In this document: positions 46,801 through 59,850 of the stretch, piece after piece
Numbering within the stretch: position 1 is the stretch's first letter
How the letters are laid out: each line of letters starts with the position of its first letter
NCBI GenBank assembly: GCA_964187785.1
Contig: OZ076413.1
Coordinates: 45,820,001-45,884,000 of the forward strand
DNA: 64,000 bases
Direction of reading: 5' to 3'
Source of the DNA: Amphiscolops sp. MND2022
Lineage: Eukaryota
The notes under the pieces: model-generated
The model's input: only the letters and a program-made list of their open reading frames with translations
What the model was told of the DNA's origin: nothing
Database searches by the model: none
Made by a program: the position numbers and the translations under genes

Positions 46801-48460
46801 TACCTTTTTGATGACAGATGGCTGCTCTTGGATATTTTATTATTTTTTATTCATTTTATGCAGCAATTTTTGGTTCCTTAAACACCCACTATTGATTAGT
46901 ACTATATATGGTGGTTTCATTTCCCAAATTTAAAAAATGAAGTATTGCGTTAATCTATGGAAATATCTATGAACCTCGAAATTTTTATTTGTAATATCAG
47001 ACTTTTTCTAATCTCGTAACCAACTGAATTTATTTTACAGACTTTGCCATTATGTATAATTTTGGGTTTTTAGGTATCATTTGCTTATTAGTTCAACATT
47101 TTTCAGACCAGTTACAATAAAAAGTTGTCCTTGGTAAAAGTTTGGCAATGTGTACCTCAATATCCTGACAAATTGCTATAGTGATAATTTACTGATAAGC
47201 TATGTTGACATTGCTAATTCACACTGAAGTCTGTTGATCCATTCACCACTTTTGGCTCCTGAATGAATCCCCGAGATTTCAAAAATCAATTAAACTTAAA
47301 AAAATATGTGAATGCTTGTTTCTTGTAAGTATTCTTGAAATGATGGGATTTTAAGAAGTACAGCATTTGGGAAAGATTTTTCTCACAGATTCATGTTTCA
47401 AACAATCGTTCACGACTAAAGAATGGATAAATGTGTTATTCCTTCCATCCTTTATTAATCAACAAAAATCACAGCTCATTGACATATTCGGGTCCTAGAT
47501 ATTAGCGCAATCTCACTGAACATCTCACTAGTAATGTCGATGCGCTAGACAAATAATACCCTGAGAATCTTCTCTTATCATGTGACAGTTTCCTACACTG
47601 ACAGAGTACTAATCGAAAAAAAAATCTGGAAATTCCCTAGGAAGTTTTTCATAACAAGATATGAGCTGCACGTGTTTGAATTGAAAACAAAGTATCTTCA
47701 ACTTAGCATTCAATTAGATCTGCTGAAAATGCAAATTTAGCATCTTTTGTTTCCAATTGAAAACATAGTGAAAAGATTTACTATTTTATTATTATTCGTC
47801 AAAAGACTTCCAAAAACAAAGTGGCAGGAAAATTGGGTGGAACCGCGTACGTGGATTCTGAAATTTTGGTCAAATATTTGAAGAACCGTTCATTTTTGCT
47901 AACGCACATCAAAAAATAGTAACTAAAATTCTTCGCGTAACTATTTGTTCTCATAGTTTACGGTTTTGAGTTAATTCACAATCACTTTGGTGATTTCTGT
48001 CCTTCAACAAACCTATTCTACAAAACTTTTCGCACCACCTTGGTACATGGAAAATTCCGTTCTCAGCAAAACCTGGCTAAAAACCTTTCGGACAATCCTA
48101 AAGTTTTGAAGAGGGAATAGTTTGTTATTGATTAATTTTTCCCCTTTAATAGTTGAAAATGAATAGAAACTCGATAAAATGTAAACTTGAGCATCCGTCA
48201 GCTCCGTTCAAATAAATATTTTTCATTGGTGAAAATTACTTAGGTTCAATCTACAACTTCTGCCACCCAGTTTTTGACCATTTCCATCTCAGTTTTTTTT
48301 TCGCTAGGGTTTCAAAACTGTGTTCTTTGCAATTTGTTTTGTGTTCGTAACTCAGCTGAAGCAGAGGACGTTGAATAGTGCTCTTGAAAGTTGCAAAAAA
48401 CTTTTTCTGAATTTTTTGAGTTGTAACTTTTCATTCACCTTTTTGATGTTTGATGTTTAG

Positions 48461-48886
48461 TTTTTTAGTCGGCGCTTCATGAACTAAAACGCGACTATGC
48501 TAGTGGCTTTTTTTGCAATCCACACGAATTGACCAAAAAGTTCTAGAAAGTTCTACAAAACTTTATGGTGTCAAATAGAACCATTTGGTCTAGCGAACTG
48601 AACCAAAAAGGTTTTTCCTGTTTTTCCGCGTAATATACAGTACCCGGCGAGACTTTCAGTTTTTTTGGGTTTGTGAGACTTTTTTGAAAAAAATTTCCTC
48701 AGAGGATCTTCCTTCAATTTTTTCGATGTTTGGCGACAATGGATGTTAAAAAATCAGAAAGGTCCCCCTTTTAGCGCGCAAACTTTTGGGTTTTTCAGAT
48801 ACTGTTAAAGAATACTTGACACTGAAGTCCTTTTGCTAATTTTGAGCCTTAGATATGGCTCCGACTTATGCCGTTCCCGGCTTGTT
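48461..48886 (+). mobile_element. Non-autonomous Helentron-like element (HINE)
   Basis: TTTTTTAGTCGGCGC...CGCGACTAT 5' end; TTGAGCCTTAGATATGGCTCCGACTTATGCCGTTCCCGGCTTGTT 3' end. Confidence 0.75.
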
Positions 48887-51269
48887 ACAGCGTACTTATC
48901 ACTTTTTGGAAGCTTCTTCTGTTTCCCACAGGTGGTTGCTCCTCCGCAGCTTTCGCCTTTGTCAGGAGAGCTAAGAAAAAGCACACTTGACAAAAACCCT
49001 GTACGAAGAATAGAACTACGGGAAAAACACTAAAAAACTCAATTAGCAGGTAAGAATCACACCTTGACCGTATTATGTTGAATTATTGAACGCTTAAACA
49101 AGACGCGACATTATGAATGGAATACTACATAAAGGAGTTTGTTTACGTAATTAACATTTTTCGGTCAAAGAAGCCCACGCTTTTGTGCTAGGTGGCTAGC
49201 CACGTTGTGCGTCCTGATCGGTTTTCAAATACCGTCGTTTTTGAGCTAGTGAATACTATTTGCCTTATACACATTGTTTCTTTTTCTTTGTGTTATTAAT
49301 AACTTGAAGTGCAAGTTAAAGTCTTTTCTAGGCCCTGTTCTGAAGGGTTAGTAGAACGGTGGTTCTGGATCGGCAACTTGCCCCTTATCATAAGCACTGA
49401 CAGACTGGGCTCGACCTGAAGGCATCCAAGAGATCCGGAGCCCCCTCCTACGTCTCACTACTCCAAAGGAGGCAAAATGGGTCTTTTTGTGTACAGGAGT
49501 CTGTCATGTGCATCAAAGTTCCTTGTCATTATAGTTCTTCAGGCTCACAATGCCAATCTAGCGGCAGCTTGTCCTCACATTCATAGTTGACAAGAAGACG
49601 TGTTAGAGTGATCAAAACTGTCACAAAACGGGGACAAAATGGCTACCCCAGTCGAGATTGCTTGAAATCGTGACATGCTGCATAGAACCATACAGGCTAT
49701 TTTTTTTTACAAAACATGGGTTATGGAGGGAGCCTACATGGAAATTTTTTGTAGGATTACAATGCAGCTTCCACTATTTCCACTTCTTTTCCGCCGCGAT
49801 CACATTGTTTTCACGCGTAAGTTTCTCAAGTAAGTACCTTATGAACCCTTTGTAATTACCGTTAGTCCAATAGCACGCTGAATATGATGCTACTTTGAAA
49901 CTTATAATGACTGAAGTTTATTTCCATTAAACGCGCGGTAAAATTGATGACGGTCTTTCAGCTGCTTTCAGAATTAGAACGGCTTCTTAATGAAACCTGC
50001 AAAACTTCGCGTCGCAGAATTGCAGCCAAACTTAGGATGCATCTTATAGGCAGCTTGATAAAATTAAATCGAATCAGTGAAATTTTAATGCATTGACGTT
50101 TCTTTGAGAATTTTATTTAAAAATGATGGAACGTTTAAGGCGATGCAACGTTTTCATGAAATGAAGCCGGAATTTTCATAATGGGAATAACTATCGTAAA
50201 TAACTCACAATGGGTGAATGGGTGCCATATTGTTAATAGAACGGCGCTTTTCTGAAACTTTCCACCACAGCGCCATAATTCCATAGTACCTTTCCATGTA
50301 TCACTTACCTAGCTGTCATGGTAATTTAATTTTTGACATGAAACGAAAAGTTACTTCAAGTTACTTTTTACAGAGAACAGTTGCAATAAAGGAACTAACA
50401 AAGCGTTTTCAGAAAATCAAAAATAGCCAAGAGCGAGCTTAAAAGCGCTAGATAGAAAGCGCGAGATAAAAAGACATCATTGAATAATGATGAGACAATG
50501 CTGACTAGATTGAGCGCTCCCGAAAAAAATCTATTTAAAGCAACTTCGCTATTCCAGTGGTTGACGACGCGTTTGAAGCTAATTGAAGTACAGACCCATG
50601 GGATTCTATGCGGCATGGTCAATATTTTGAATCAAAACATAACACATAAGTAGTGATTTAGGTATAAGCTAATACCATTTGAATGCAACCCAGTCGCGAA
50701 TAAAAACCTATCGACTCGAACAAAAGTCTGCTAGTCGATACATGTATTCAATAACAGAGCGTCTGATGAATTTTGGTCGTAGTGAGATTATATGTGAGGA
50801 TGACTCTTAAATGGATTCTCGTGAAATATCAGCCTACCTATGATTTAGAGATTGACCAACTGAGAAGAAAGTGTCGCGTTGAATACAGCCTGGTCCAATA
50901 ATGATGACACTAACTTCTGATGTCACTAACTGATGTGCTTAAAAAACTCTAGGTTGTCTGTAAAACTCTTATGTTCATAAAACATTACTTGAAAATCTTT
51001 GCAGTTTGTTGGTTTTAAGAGTTATATCAGAGATTAGACCTTACGTAAAAACTTTTGAGAGGCTACTATGTACTTTAAAATTTATTCGGGTCCCTTTTGA
51101 TAACTTTGATACATTTAGAACGCTATTAGTTTTTCGAGAGCTCATTTAATCATTTTAACAAAGTAACAAAGTTTTTATAGTTTTACCAAAATTTTTGGTT
51201 GCTCAAGTTGCTAGAGCACGACCCTGATTGACAACCTAACGCAGTTTTTTGATGATCGCTAACTGGGTA

Positions 51270-51478
51270 CCAGCTATGGTTGTCAATTTTGCACTTATCT
51301 TGCAAGTTTCTTGCAAAACATGGTATTCTTGCAAGCTTCTTGCAAGTCGATGTCAGTCTTGCAAGAGTCTTGCAAGACAATGCATATCTTGCAAGATGAT
51401 AAATTAGAATGCCAGTCTTGCAAGAATCTTACAAGACCATGCAAATTTTGCAAGATAATAAATCAAAACCTTTCAGGA
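51270..51478. repeat. TCTTGCAAGA-rich MITE remnant (similar remnants at ~52020-52150, 53610-53784 and ~63470-63550)
   Basis: Clusters of the palindrome TCTTGCAAGA as in 38273-39023; ends decayed. Confidence 0.55.
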
Positions 51479-54400
51479 CATTACAGTTATGATAGCGTAG
51501 TCAACGGCTCCACCAATTGTCAGAAATGTTCATTTTTCTCAGATTTTTGTCAGGGTTTTTTTCTTAAACAATGTACGCATATGATCAATTTAGTAGGTTC
51601 CTTCTGCCTAATTTCAAAGTCTTCATCGTATACATGATAGAAGAGGGTAATTAGTTTTTCGATGTACATCAAAACTTTTTCCAATGTCAGTTTTTCAGGA
51701 CAAAGAATTAGCTTTCAGGCCGCATTACTAAAATCACACTTCTAGAGATAAATTTTTCTAAAGTTTGATTTTTTGGGTCCTTCACAGTTTAAGAAGTGAG
51801 ACTCCGTATCTATCTAGCTGTCATCCTTAAGTCAATGTTAAATTTACAAACTGAGGTGACTGAAGCCAGATTATTGTCTAGGAAAATCTTATCTGAAAAC
51901 ATTCTGAATAAAAATGTCTGGAACTTTATAGTAAAAGAATAGTGACTAGCGGAATTGTTTATTAAGTGATGTTCAATGGAACGAAAAGTTTTTAGGCAAC
52001 TCGATTTCTCAGTCGAAACATGCAAAAATCTTGAAAGTATGGCACTTTTCTAGCAAGTCTAACACAATGTCAATTCATTTCTTGCAAAAATCTTGTAAGA
52101 CAGTTTGCAAGAATAATGCATTGACTTGCAAGATCTTTCCAAGATTTACAATTTTTTCAACATTTGAAAAACGAGGATAGACGGATTTTATGCATGGATT
52201 CGCATAATTATGAGATATTACGCTCGCAAGCATCTCGCCAATCATGATATTTGGGTAACTTCAACTCTGGGTGGAAAGCTGCTCTTTGAAATGGTTGGTT
52301 TCACAAATGGCTATGAATGGACAAAAAAGTGAAAAAGTTCAAATCTCATGCAATTGGAATCTTAGGCAAATTGAATTTGAATTACGGTTTTCACTTCAAA
52401 TCAGCTGTCTTAAAAACAGGTACAAAAGGAGTGATAGTGAGTTTTGATTGTAAATTAAGGAACGGAAGATCTTTGCTCAATTGAATCCGTATTCAAAGCT
52501 TAATTTGTTTTCTTTTGAAAGCTAATTGTTTTTCAAGTTTGCTTAGTTTTCAGAGCAAGCCAGTTCAAAAGATTCAAAAAATTCAAAGATCATCAATTTT
52601 AATGAATTAATTTCGGTTGTTTTTATGTGCTCAGGTGCTTGCAATTTCAACTAACTCAGGTGCATATAGGAAAACTATTCTGTTTGGAAAGAACTAGAAG
52701 AAAATTAAAAGAGCCAATCAAAATAGGCCGTCAGATGCGAAGCTTAAGAAGTTCATCATAATACTGTATTATTGGAAGAAAACTGACGGAAAAATTTGAG
52801 AAACTGGGTCTTTGTTATTTGAATTCTTAACGATCTGCAAAAGACGCAATTCTCTTGACAAAAGTTTACCAAAAACGAGTTGCAATTGAGAAAACATCTG
52901 AACTATTCAAGTGCCCGACAATTTTGCAATGTTCCCAAAAAAGTTTTTCCCCACAATTCTTACAGTTTCAAAGAAGTGTGATCCAATTATGAAACTGTTT
53001 TTGCAATGAAAATATTTTTGACATTCAGATGTCTCTGAAACCACGTAAACTCATAAACTTGCTGGTTCTAAAGCTTAAGAGAGAATTTCCGTAATTTAAA
53101 CAGCATCAACTAACCAGGTTCCAATTTTTTTGTTTGAGGCAACCCTACACTTACACTATTTAGAACGAATAATTGTAGTACCTCAAAAAGAACTGAACTC
53201 AAACCATGAAGATTCCATTTTGAAGACCAGACACCTGAGACTGCTTTCTGCTCAATTAGGTTGATTATCTAACTAGCTTCAAAATATAATTGCTAATGAT
53301 TTCTATGGGCTTTACTGTGGTCAGAAAAACTTTTCAAGTTTCACTTTTTTTTGGGAATTTCTACGAAATCAATGCGTGAAATCTCTGAAGGAACATGAAA
53401 CGAGCTGATATTCCTCAAGGACCTATTGAATCTTCAAAACAAATCACTTTTTGCTTCATAGCTACTGTTCACTTGCTTTGAAATACATCTCAATTGTGAA
53501 TGGATCGTTTGAGCCGAACATCTTTAAAACTTTTGAAATGTGGCAGTGTCATGTCTGAAGCATGACCACGTCACACTACACTCGGCAGTAAGACTCTTTC
53601 AAAGCCCACCCCAGTCGAAATCCCATACATTTCTTGCAAGAATCTGGCAGAAGTGGTATATATCAGACACTATCTGGAAGAATCTTGCAAGTATCTTACA
53701 TTTCAGACAAACCTGTCAGATTCTGGTAGATGAGACCTTTGTTGCAGATTCAGACGTTTCTTGCAATCATTAGCTGCAAGCGGGAAAGGGAACAAAATGA
53801 AAAGCAACGCTGTCATATACATACTCAAACTTCGAAAATAAATGCGAGCTATGCTGTCATATACACAACATCTTTACTAAATTAGTATAAATTGCACCGC
53901 TAACGTTAATGTCGTCAAATAACCAACATCTCAGTAAACTCAGTCATGTAGAATACATCTCCTGCATTTCCTTCTAGTACAAACGTCATACATATATGCT
54001 ACCAACGTGAAGTCACTTCAGATGTATTTCATTAAAACATCAACTATGTATTCATCGTTGTAACACTGTAACCATAATAACGTCGATTAGCGCGAAATCA
54101 TCATACATTTAAAAAATGGGCAAAATTGATGCGCTTGACACAAGAGAGTCAATCATAAAAAACGTATCAACGAACGTTGCTAGATGGCGCTAAAAAGCGA
54201 ACTAGTAAATTACGCGCCTTGGTATCAAGCGTTCAATCATTGGTATGAAATTTTTTCGTCACGTGACTTGAGTCAATATTTTCAGCTGAAATAACGCTGC
54301 GATCAGCACCGCATCTTATATTTCGAATCTTGAGTTTGATATCAGCAGCATACTGATTTCATAGATATTATAATTGTATTTATCATTGATATTTCTGTCG

Positions 54401-54818
54401 TAAAGTGGTTTTGAAAAGATTTTGTTTTAAAGTCAGTTCAATTCAGGTTCTTGTTTTATTTCATTATGGTCCGTACAATACAGTAAAATAATAATCAAAA
54501 TAATAGTTGATACCAGTTAAAATACAAGTCTATTATGTAAGAGTTTACTTGAGTTCTTTCACCGGTCATCGGTAACGCATATTGAAAGTTTCTATTCTTC
54601 GGTGTTATGTAACCGAACCTCGGAGCCAATGAAATTGAAGTAGCTTCTTCGGTAACGAACGGTAGATGTTTACCGAATAACAACAATGACGATGACGTCA
54701 CCACATCCCCTCTTTTAGTTGATTCATGCGAATCCTGCTTGATACTTCTGGGTTTGGGTTCGTAGTCGTTTCGGTCTATCATTGGTTACTGCGGTATGTT
54801 CTTCGGTCAGCACCGGAC

Positions 54819-56539
54819 TCAGTTATCAGCGTTACTAGTCTTCGGGGTGACTGGATCTTGAATAGCATCATGTCCAATGTTTGGTTGAAGTTCCACTTTC
54901 TTTGCGTCTGATGATGGTAGTGATGCGATTTGTCCGTCACTAGCCAAAAATGTTCGATTGTTGTCATGAAGCCAAGCCGTGTTTCGTCCTTTCCGGATAA
55001 TGTAAGTCAATTCTTTTGGCTCATGGTTTGAAGTGGGTTTGTACATTACTTTTTCACCAACTTCATAAAATCCAACAACAGGGTTTCTCAAGTTTTTTCC
55101 AAGTAACAATTTGGCAGGAGTGTCACCTCTAGCATTTGAAGAATTTCTATGACTGAACAAAACTTTATCAATATAAGTAGTCAATGAACAACCAATGTCT
55201 TTATTGTAAAATTTCAGGCTCCTTTTCAATGTTTGAACAGCCCTCTCGGCCAGTCCATTGCTTCTCGGTGAATACAAAGGTGTGTCGATCTTTTTGCATC
55301 CTTGTGCTGCCAACCAGTCTTTTAGGTCTTTGGATACAAACTCCTTTCCGTTATCGGACACAACCGTATATGGTATTCCAAACCGAGAAAAGCTTGTTCG
55401 GAGACATCTGACCACGTTCCGCGTTGATCGGTCCGTGCACGGGAAAGCTTCCAGCCAACCGGACCCAGCATCAGCAATGATCAGAATGTTACCGTGTTCT
55501 GTTTCGTAAAGCCAGTCGATATGCAGTCTTTCCCACGGAGCGCATTCTTCCCATTTGTCGGTAGAATCAATCAGTCTCGGTCGGTTTTTGCTGCATTCGA
55601 GACAGTTTTTGACAAATTGGTCGATATCGTTGTCCATAAACGGCCACCACGCATTATTTTTCACCAGGTTTTTCAAAGCATTGATTCCTTGATGAACGTC
55701 GTGAAATTTTTCAATCACTTGTTTTCGGAATGTATTTGGTATAAAAACTCTCGATCCATTATATATCAAGTCATTTTGTACTGTTAATGCATTTGAAACA
55801 TTCATAAAAGATTTCTCCATTTTGGTACAGTTTTTCCAATTACCGGTTCGGATTCTGTTCATCATCCGTTTTGAAAACTCATTCGATTGCATCTCTTTCC
55901 GTAACTTCTCGGCATCAATCACGGGTTTCTCGAATGTAGCCATTGCTACCGCAACTAAGTCGTCTTCATCGTCTTTGAACCGTAAGCGTGACATTGCGTC
56001 GGCATGACCAATATCTTGACCGGGAGTGTATTGTACATCATAGTCATAGGCCATGAGGGTTATTGCCCATCGCGCAAGTCTCGCCGATACAACTTTCGGT
56101 ATCTGGTTGCTCGGATTGAAGATATACTGTAGTGGCTTGTGATCTGTTCTAAGAGTGAACTTCCTCCCCAATAAAAATTGTCGAAGTCGTGTCACTGCGA
56201 ATACTACAGCAAGCGCTTCCCGTTCAATGTTGCTGTATTTCTGTTCTGCCGATGTCAAGTTTCGAGATATGTAGATAACCAGATGATCATTCTGCGTTAA
56301 TACAGCACCAATGGTTTTTTCAGATGCATCAGTTGTTAGAGTTACTTCTTTGTCCAATGTGTACGGTTGTACCAATGGTTCACTTGTAAGCTCATCTACC
56401 AGTGACTGGAATGCCCTTTGACACTCATCGGTCCACTTGAAAAGTTTATCTTTTTGCCGGAGTTCATTGACACACCGCGTCTTGGCTGCATACTTTTGGA
56501 ATCATTCGCCCAAAGTAATTGATAAGTCCAATAAAAGCT
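54819..56539 (-). pseudogene. pol: Gypsy pol C-terminal part (RT connection, RNase H, integrase)
   Basis: LTTDASEKTIGAVL, YSNIEREALAV, TDHKPL, ADAMSRL, H-x2-H...CLEC, WERLHIDW, VSDNGKEF, SNGLAERAVQT; separated from the upstream ORF by a frameshift near 56540. Confidence 0.93.
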
Positions 56540-58519
56540 TCAAATTTTGACATCCTTCGGTGGCTTCAGTTGAAGAAGTTTTTCAACGTGCTTCTGTTCC
56601 GGCTTTACTCCTTCCGATGAACTTTCATAGCCCAAAAAGTATAATGTTGTTGAGAATGATACGCACTTGTCTTCATTCACGGTCAAGTTTTTTGCTGCCA
56701 GACGTTCTTTGACCGCATTATATCTTTTCCGGAGTTCGGCCTCGGTTACACCGAACAACAAGATATCGTCTTGATATGCGACGCAACCATCCAGTCCTTT
56801 GAGCACTTCTTCGATAGCTTGCTGGAAAATCGCCGCTGCATTTTTCAATCCTTGTTGTAACCGGGTGACTCGAAATAGGTCTCGGGTTGTATTAACTCTA
56901 CACACATTTTGCGATTTTTCATCAAGTGGAATTTGCCAATAAGCATTAGATAGATCAATTTTCGCAAAGAATTTAGCGCCTGATACTTTTGAGAAAAAGG
57001 TTTCAATACAAGGGAGGGGGTAGGCTTCGGTACTTATTTTATCATTTACATGTACTTTATAGTCAGCACACATTCGTAGTTTATCACCTTTTTTCACCCA
57101 CACAACCGGGGAGCAATTATCTACACCACCGGCTTCAACCGGTTCAAGAATTCCCAACAACAGTAATTCATTAATGGTTTTATTGACTTTCCGTTCAAGT
57201 GGCAACGGTACCTTCCGTGCAGCGCAAAACATTGGTTTAGCATCGGTTTTTAATTTAATGGAAGCTTTAGCACCTTTCACTGTTGGTAACTTTTCGGATA
57301 CTTCTGCTTTGAAGCACCGTTCAATGAACTCTTTGCTATTATTTATTATATCACGTCCCAATAAACCAAAATTTCTATCAGCATCAACAACAGCAATGTT
57401 TACATTAACCTCTTTGTTATTATAAAGCACCGTCGAAAAGAAAGCACCAAGATATTTCATTTTATGCTTGTCATATGTTTCAGTTCCCGTGTTCTTTTCT
57501 TCAAGTTTCGGTTGCCCAATTTGCTTCCACAGCTTGTTTGAAATCAGCGTAAGTGATGCTCCAGTGTCTGTCATCATTGGTATTTCTTTACCATTCACTT
57601 TGTTTTTCTCCATTGTACCATTCTTGATATAGTCGGTATGCCCAATAAAATACGAATAATCGGAGTTACTGCCATTGTTTTCTTCGATATTGGCTTCTTC
57701 TCCAACAAAATGATTCGTTTGTTTCTTCATCCGACACATTTTTGCGAAATGGTTCGGCTTCTTGCAGTTGTTGCATCTTTTGCCGAAGGCCGGACAACTC
57801 CTTGGTTCATGCCTCGTTCCGCAGTTCGGACATTCTTTGGCTTTGTGGTGGATGCCGGTTGAAATTTTACCATTTCCGGTTGTCTTTTTTCGTAATTGAC
57901 CGTTCCGCGCAAAGGAAACTGTTTGATTCGGTTCGTTCTGTTTATTCACAAACTGTACGGTTTGTTTACGCTGCTGAATAACCAACAAAATGTCGTCTAT
58001 TGTAGCGTCTGGGTTTTGTTGAAGATGTTCCAACACTTTTAATTTGTGTTCGGAATTTTGTAATCCAGCAATAAAACGTAACCGTATCATGTAAGCTTCC
58101 GGATCAGCGATAGTTTTCAAAATACCGAACTCACAATATCGTGCTGCTTCCTTCAGACGTGCCAGAAAATCTCCCGATGATTCTCCATTCCTCTGGGTAA
58201 TAGCCACGAATTTTGTTTGTTCGGCAATAACAAGTCTTTTTCTCGGCTGCAGGTAATTTTCCAGAACCGTTTCAATTTCGTTGAAAACCATTGTTTCCAC
58301 TTTTGTCGGTGCAACAAGCAATTTGACTTTCATAAGACTTTCCACACCGCAACGGAAAAGAAATTGATCCGTTACTTGTAAATCGGCCGGTGTTGTTCCA
58401 GCTGCCGGTACATCTGCTTTCTTTTCGGCCCGACATCGCGCTTTGAATGCGTCTATCCAGGCTAGAGCAGCTTCGGGTTCGTGCAGACTGAGTTGCTTTT
58501 TTGTCTCGGTTGCTTGCAT
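56540..58519 (-). CDS. gag-pol: Gypsy gag-protease-RT polyprotein (ATG 58519), ending at a frameshift
   Basis: Tandem zinc knuckles CPNCGTRHEPRSC and CNNCKKPNHFAKMC (Mag-type); protease DTGA; RT LRMCADYK, KIDLSNAYWQ, YQDD. Confidence 0.93.
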   Translation of the reverse strand: MQATETKKQLSLHEPEAALAWIDAFKARCRAEKKADVPAAGTTPADLQVTDQFLFRCGVESLMKVKLLVAPTKVETMVFNEIETVLENYLQPRKRLVIAEQTKFVAITQRNGESSGDFLARLKEAARYCEFGILKTIADPEAYMIRLRFIAGLQNSEHKLKVLEHLQQNPDATIDDILLVIQQRKQTVQFVNKQNEPNQTVSFARNGQLRKKTTGNGKISTGIHHKAKECPNCGTRHEPRSCPAFGKRCNNCKKPNHFAKMCRMKKQTNHFVGEEANIEENNGSNSDYSYFIGHTDYIKNGTMEKNKVNGKEIPMMTDTGASLTLISNKLWKQIGQPKLEEKNTGTETYDKHKMKYLGAFFSTVLYNNKEVNVNIAVVDADRNFGLLGRDIINNSKEFIERCFKAEVSEKLPTVKGAKASIKLKTDAKPMFCAARKVPLPLERKVNKTINELLLLGILEPVEAGGVDNCSPVVWVKKGDKLRMCADYKVHVNDKISTEAYPLPCIETFFSKVSGAKFFAKIDLSNAYWQIPLDEKSQNVCRVNTTRDLFRVTRLQQGLKNAAAIFQQAIEEVLKGLDGCVAYQDDILLFGVTEAELRKRYNAVKERLAAKNLTVNEDKCVSFSTTLYFLGYESSSEGVKPEQKHVEKLLQLKPPKDVKI

Positions 58520-59075
58520 TTCAATATTTCCACCGAACGAACTGAATATAATCTCCCTTTCGATTGAAACGAAATAACGGTAAGAAATCTTCTGTTTCTT
58601 TAGCAATCAATTTTCAAATTTAAAGGAATTTCGATGGTCTGGACACCATTTGTTCTAAAGTGGTTTTGAAAAGATTTTGTTTTAAAGTCAGTTCAATTCA
58701 GGTTCTTGTTTTATTTCATTATGGTCCGTACAATACAGTAAAATAATATTCAAAATAATAGTTGATACCAGTTAAAATACAAGTCTATTATGTAAGAGTT
58801 TACTTGAGTTCTTTCACCGGTCATCGGTAACGCATATTGAAAGTTTCTATTCTTCGGTGTTATGTAACCGAACCTCGGAGCCAATGAAAATGAAGTAGCT
58901 TCTTCGGTAACGAACGGTAGATGTTTACCGAATAACAACAATGACGATGACGTCACCACAATTTCCTTAATAATACTGTTGTCGTCACCATATTACTTTT
59001 TTCAACTTCTGAAGACGAGAGTCCTCCAATTAAAACTTTCTCCACAAAGTGATCAGATCATAGCACGAAAGAGTC

Positions 59076-59358
59076 ATGCAACGATCACATAGTAACGAAT
59101 CCATGTTGAATTTACCTGATCATTTGGGGAGAAAGTACCCCATTTTAAACTACAACATGACATTCGATGCTCGAGAAATGATCGACGTGGAGAAAGAACA
59201 CACTGCAATTCGCCTAGAAATTAGGATGAACACTCTCGACAGTAAACGGGCGGAATTAACAGTCCTATATCAAGCAGTTATTGTAAGAAGTTCCTATAAC
59301 TCTAGGAGAGGGAATGAACAGACTGTCCCTTCAACACCCTTGGGACGACGTTCCGAAA
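59076..59358 (+). CDS. LTR-terminal ORF (MQRSHSNESMLNLPDHLGRKYPILNY...), reads out of the solo LTR to a stop at 59405
   Basis: 94 codons + 1 nt lie inside the LTR; coiled-coil-like LEIRMNTLDSKRAELTVLYQAV. Confidence 0.5.
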
Positions 59359-59637
59359 GGCAGTGCAATTGTGTTGTGATGAGGGGAGCATGGCGTAGTG
59401 GTTAGAACATTCGGCCTGTTCTAGTCTAACTCTCTTAGAAGCAAAAAGGGACACTTTTATTGACATAAAGTGAACGAGTGTACACTTAATAATAGTGAGC
59501 TAGGAGCGTTGCCGGCGAAAAAGTGGAAAAAACGGTACGCTCATTGCTGTTGACGAGTATTATTTTATTTTATTCAATTGAATAAAAATAACTTAGGCAA
59601 CAAAACATATAGTCCAAGATTTGGATGCTTCCAGTCA

Positions 59638-59850
59638 GGGAGCATGGCGTAGTGGTTAAAGCATTCGGCCTGTATTGAGGCGGTATCAGGTTTGAATCTC
59701 TCTCAACTCACCATTGTTGGTCCTTAAGCAAGTCCTTCATCCCTTCTTAGTGGTATGGTCAATGACAAAAAATAACGCATTTGGAGAAGAAAAGCAAAAA
59801 AAGAGCAACGGTGAGCAGTCAGACCTTTATGACCTTGAGCAAGTCACTTT
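59638..59850 (+). mobile_element. tRNA-derived SINE with CORE-like motif (a 5' fragment also at 59384-59419)
   Basis: A box TGGCGTAGTGG, B box GGTTTGAATC, then GTCCTTAAGCAAGTCC and TGACCTTGAGCAAGTCACTT (59830-59849), resembling the CORE-SINE consensus. Confidence 0.6.

Larger units (their letters stand above)
54396..58960 (-). mobile_element. Ty3/gypsy LTR retrotransposon, Mag-like, near intact (4565 bp)
   Basis: 310-bp TG...CA LTRs at 54396-54705 and 58651-58960 (about 4 differences); 5-bp TSD ATTTC; PPT AAAAGAGGGGA (54706-54716, minus); PBS-like TGGTGTCCAG 2 nt after the 5' LTR; domain order gag-PR-RT-RH-IN. Confidence 0.97.
53547..59358 (+). mobile_element. Old solo LTR (~1.1-1.2 kb net) interrupted by the Mag element and a small MITE
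   Basis: 5-bp TSD GGCAG at 53542-53546 and 59359-59363; starts TGTCATG, ends CCGAAA (one substitution from ...GACA); terminal ORF 59076-59358. Confidence 0.65.
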
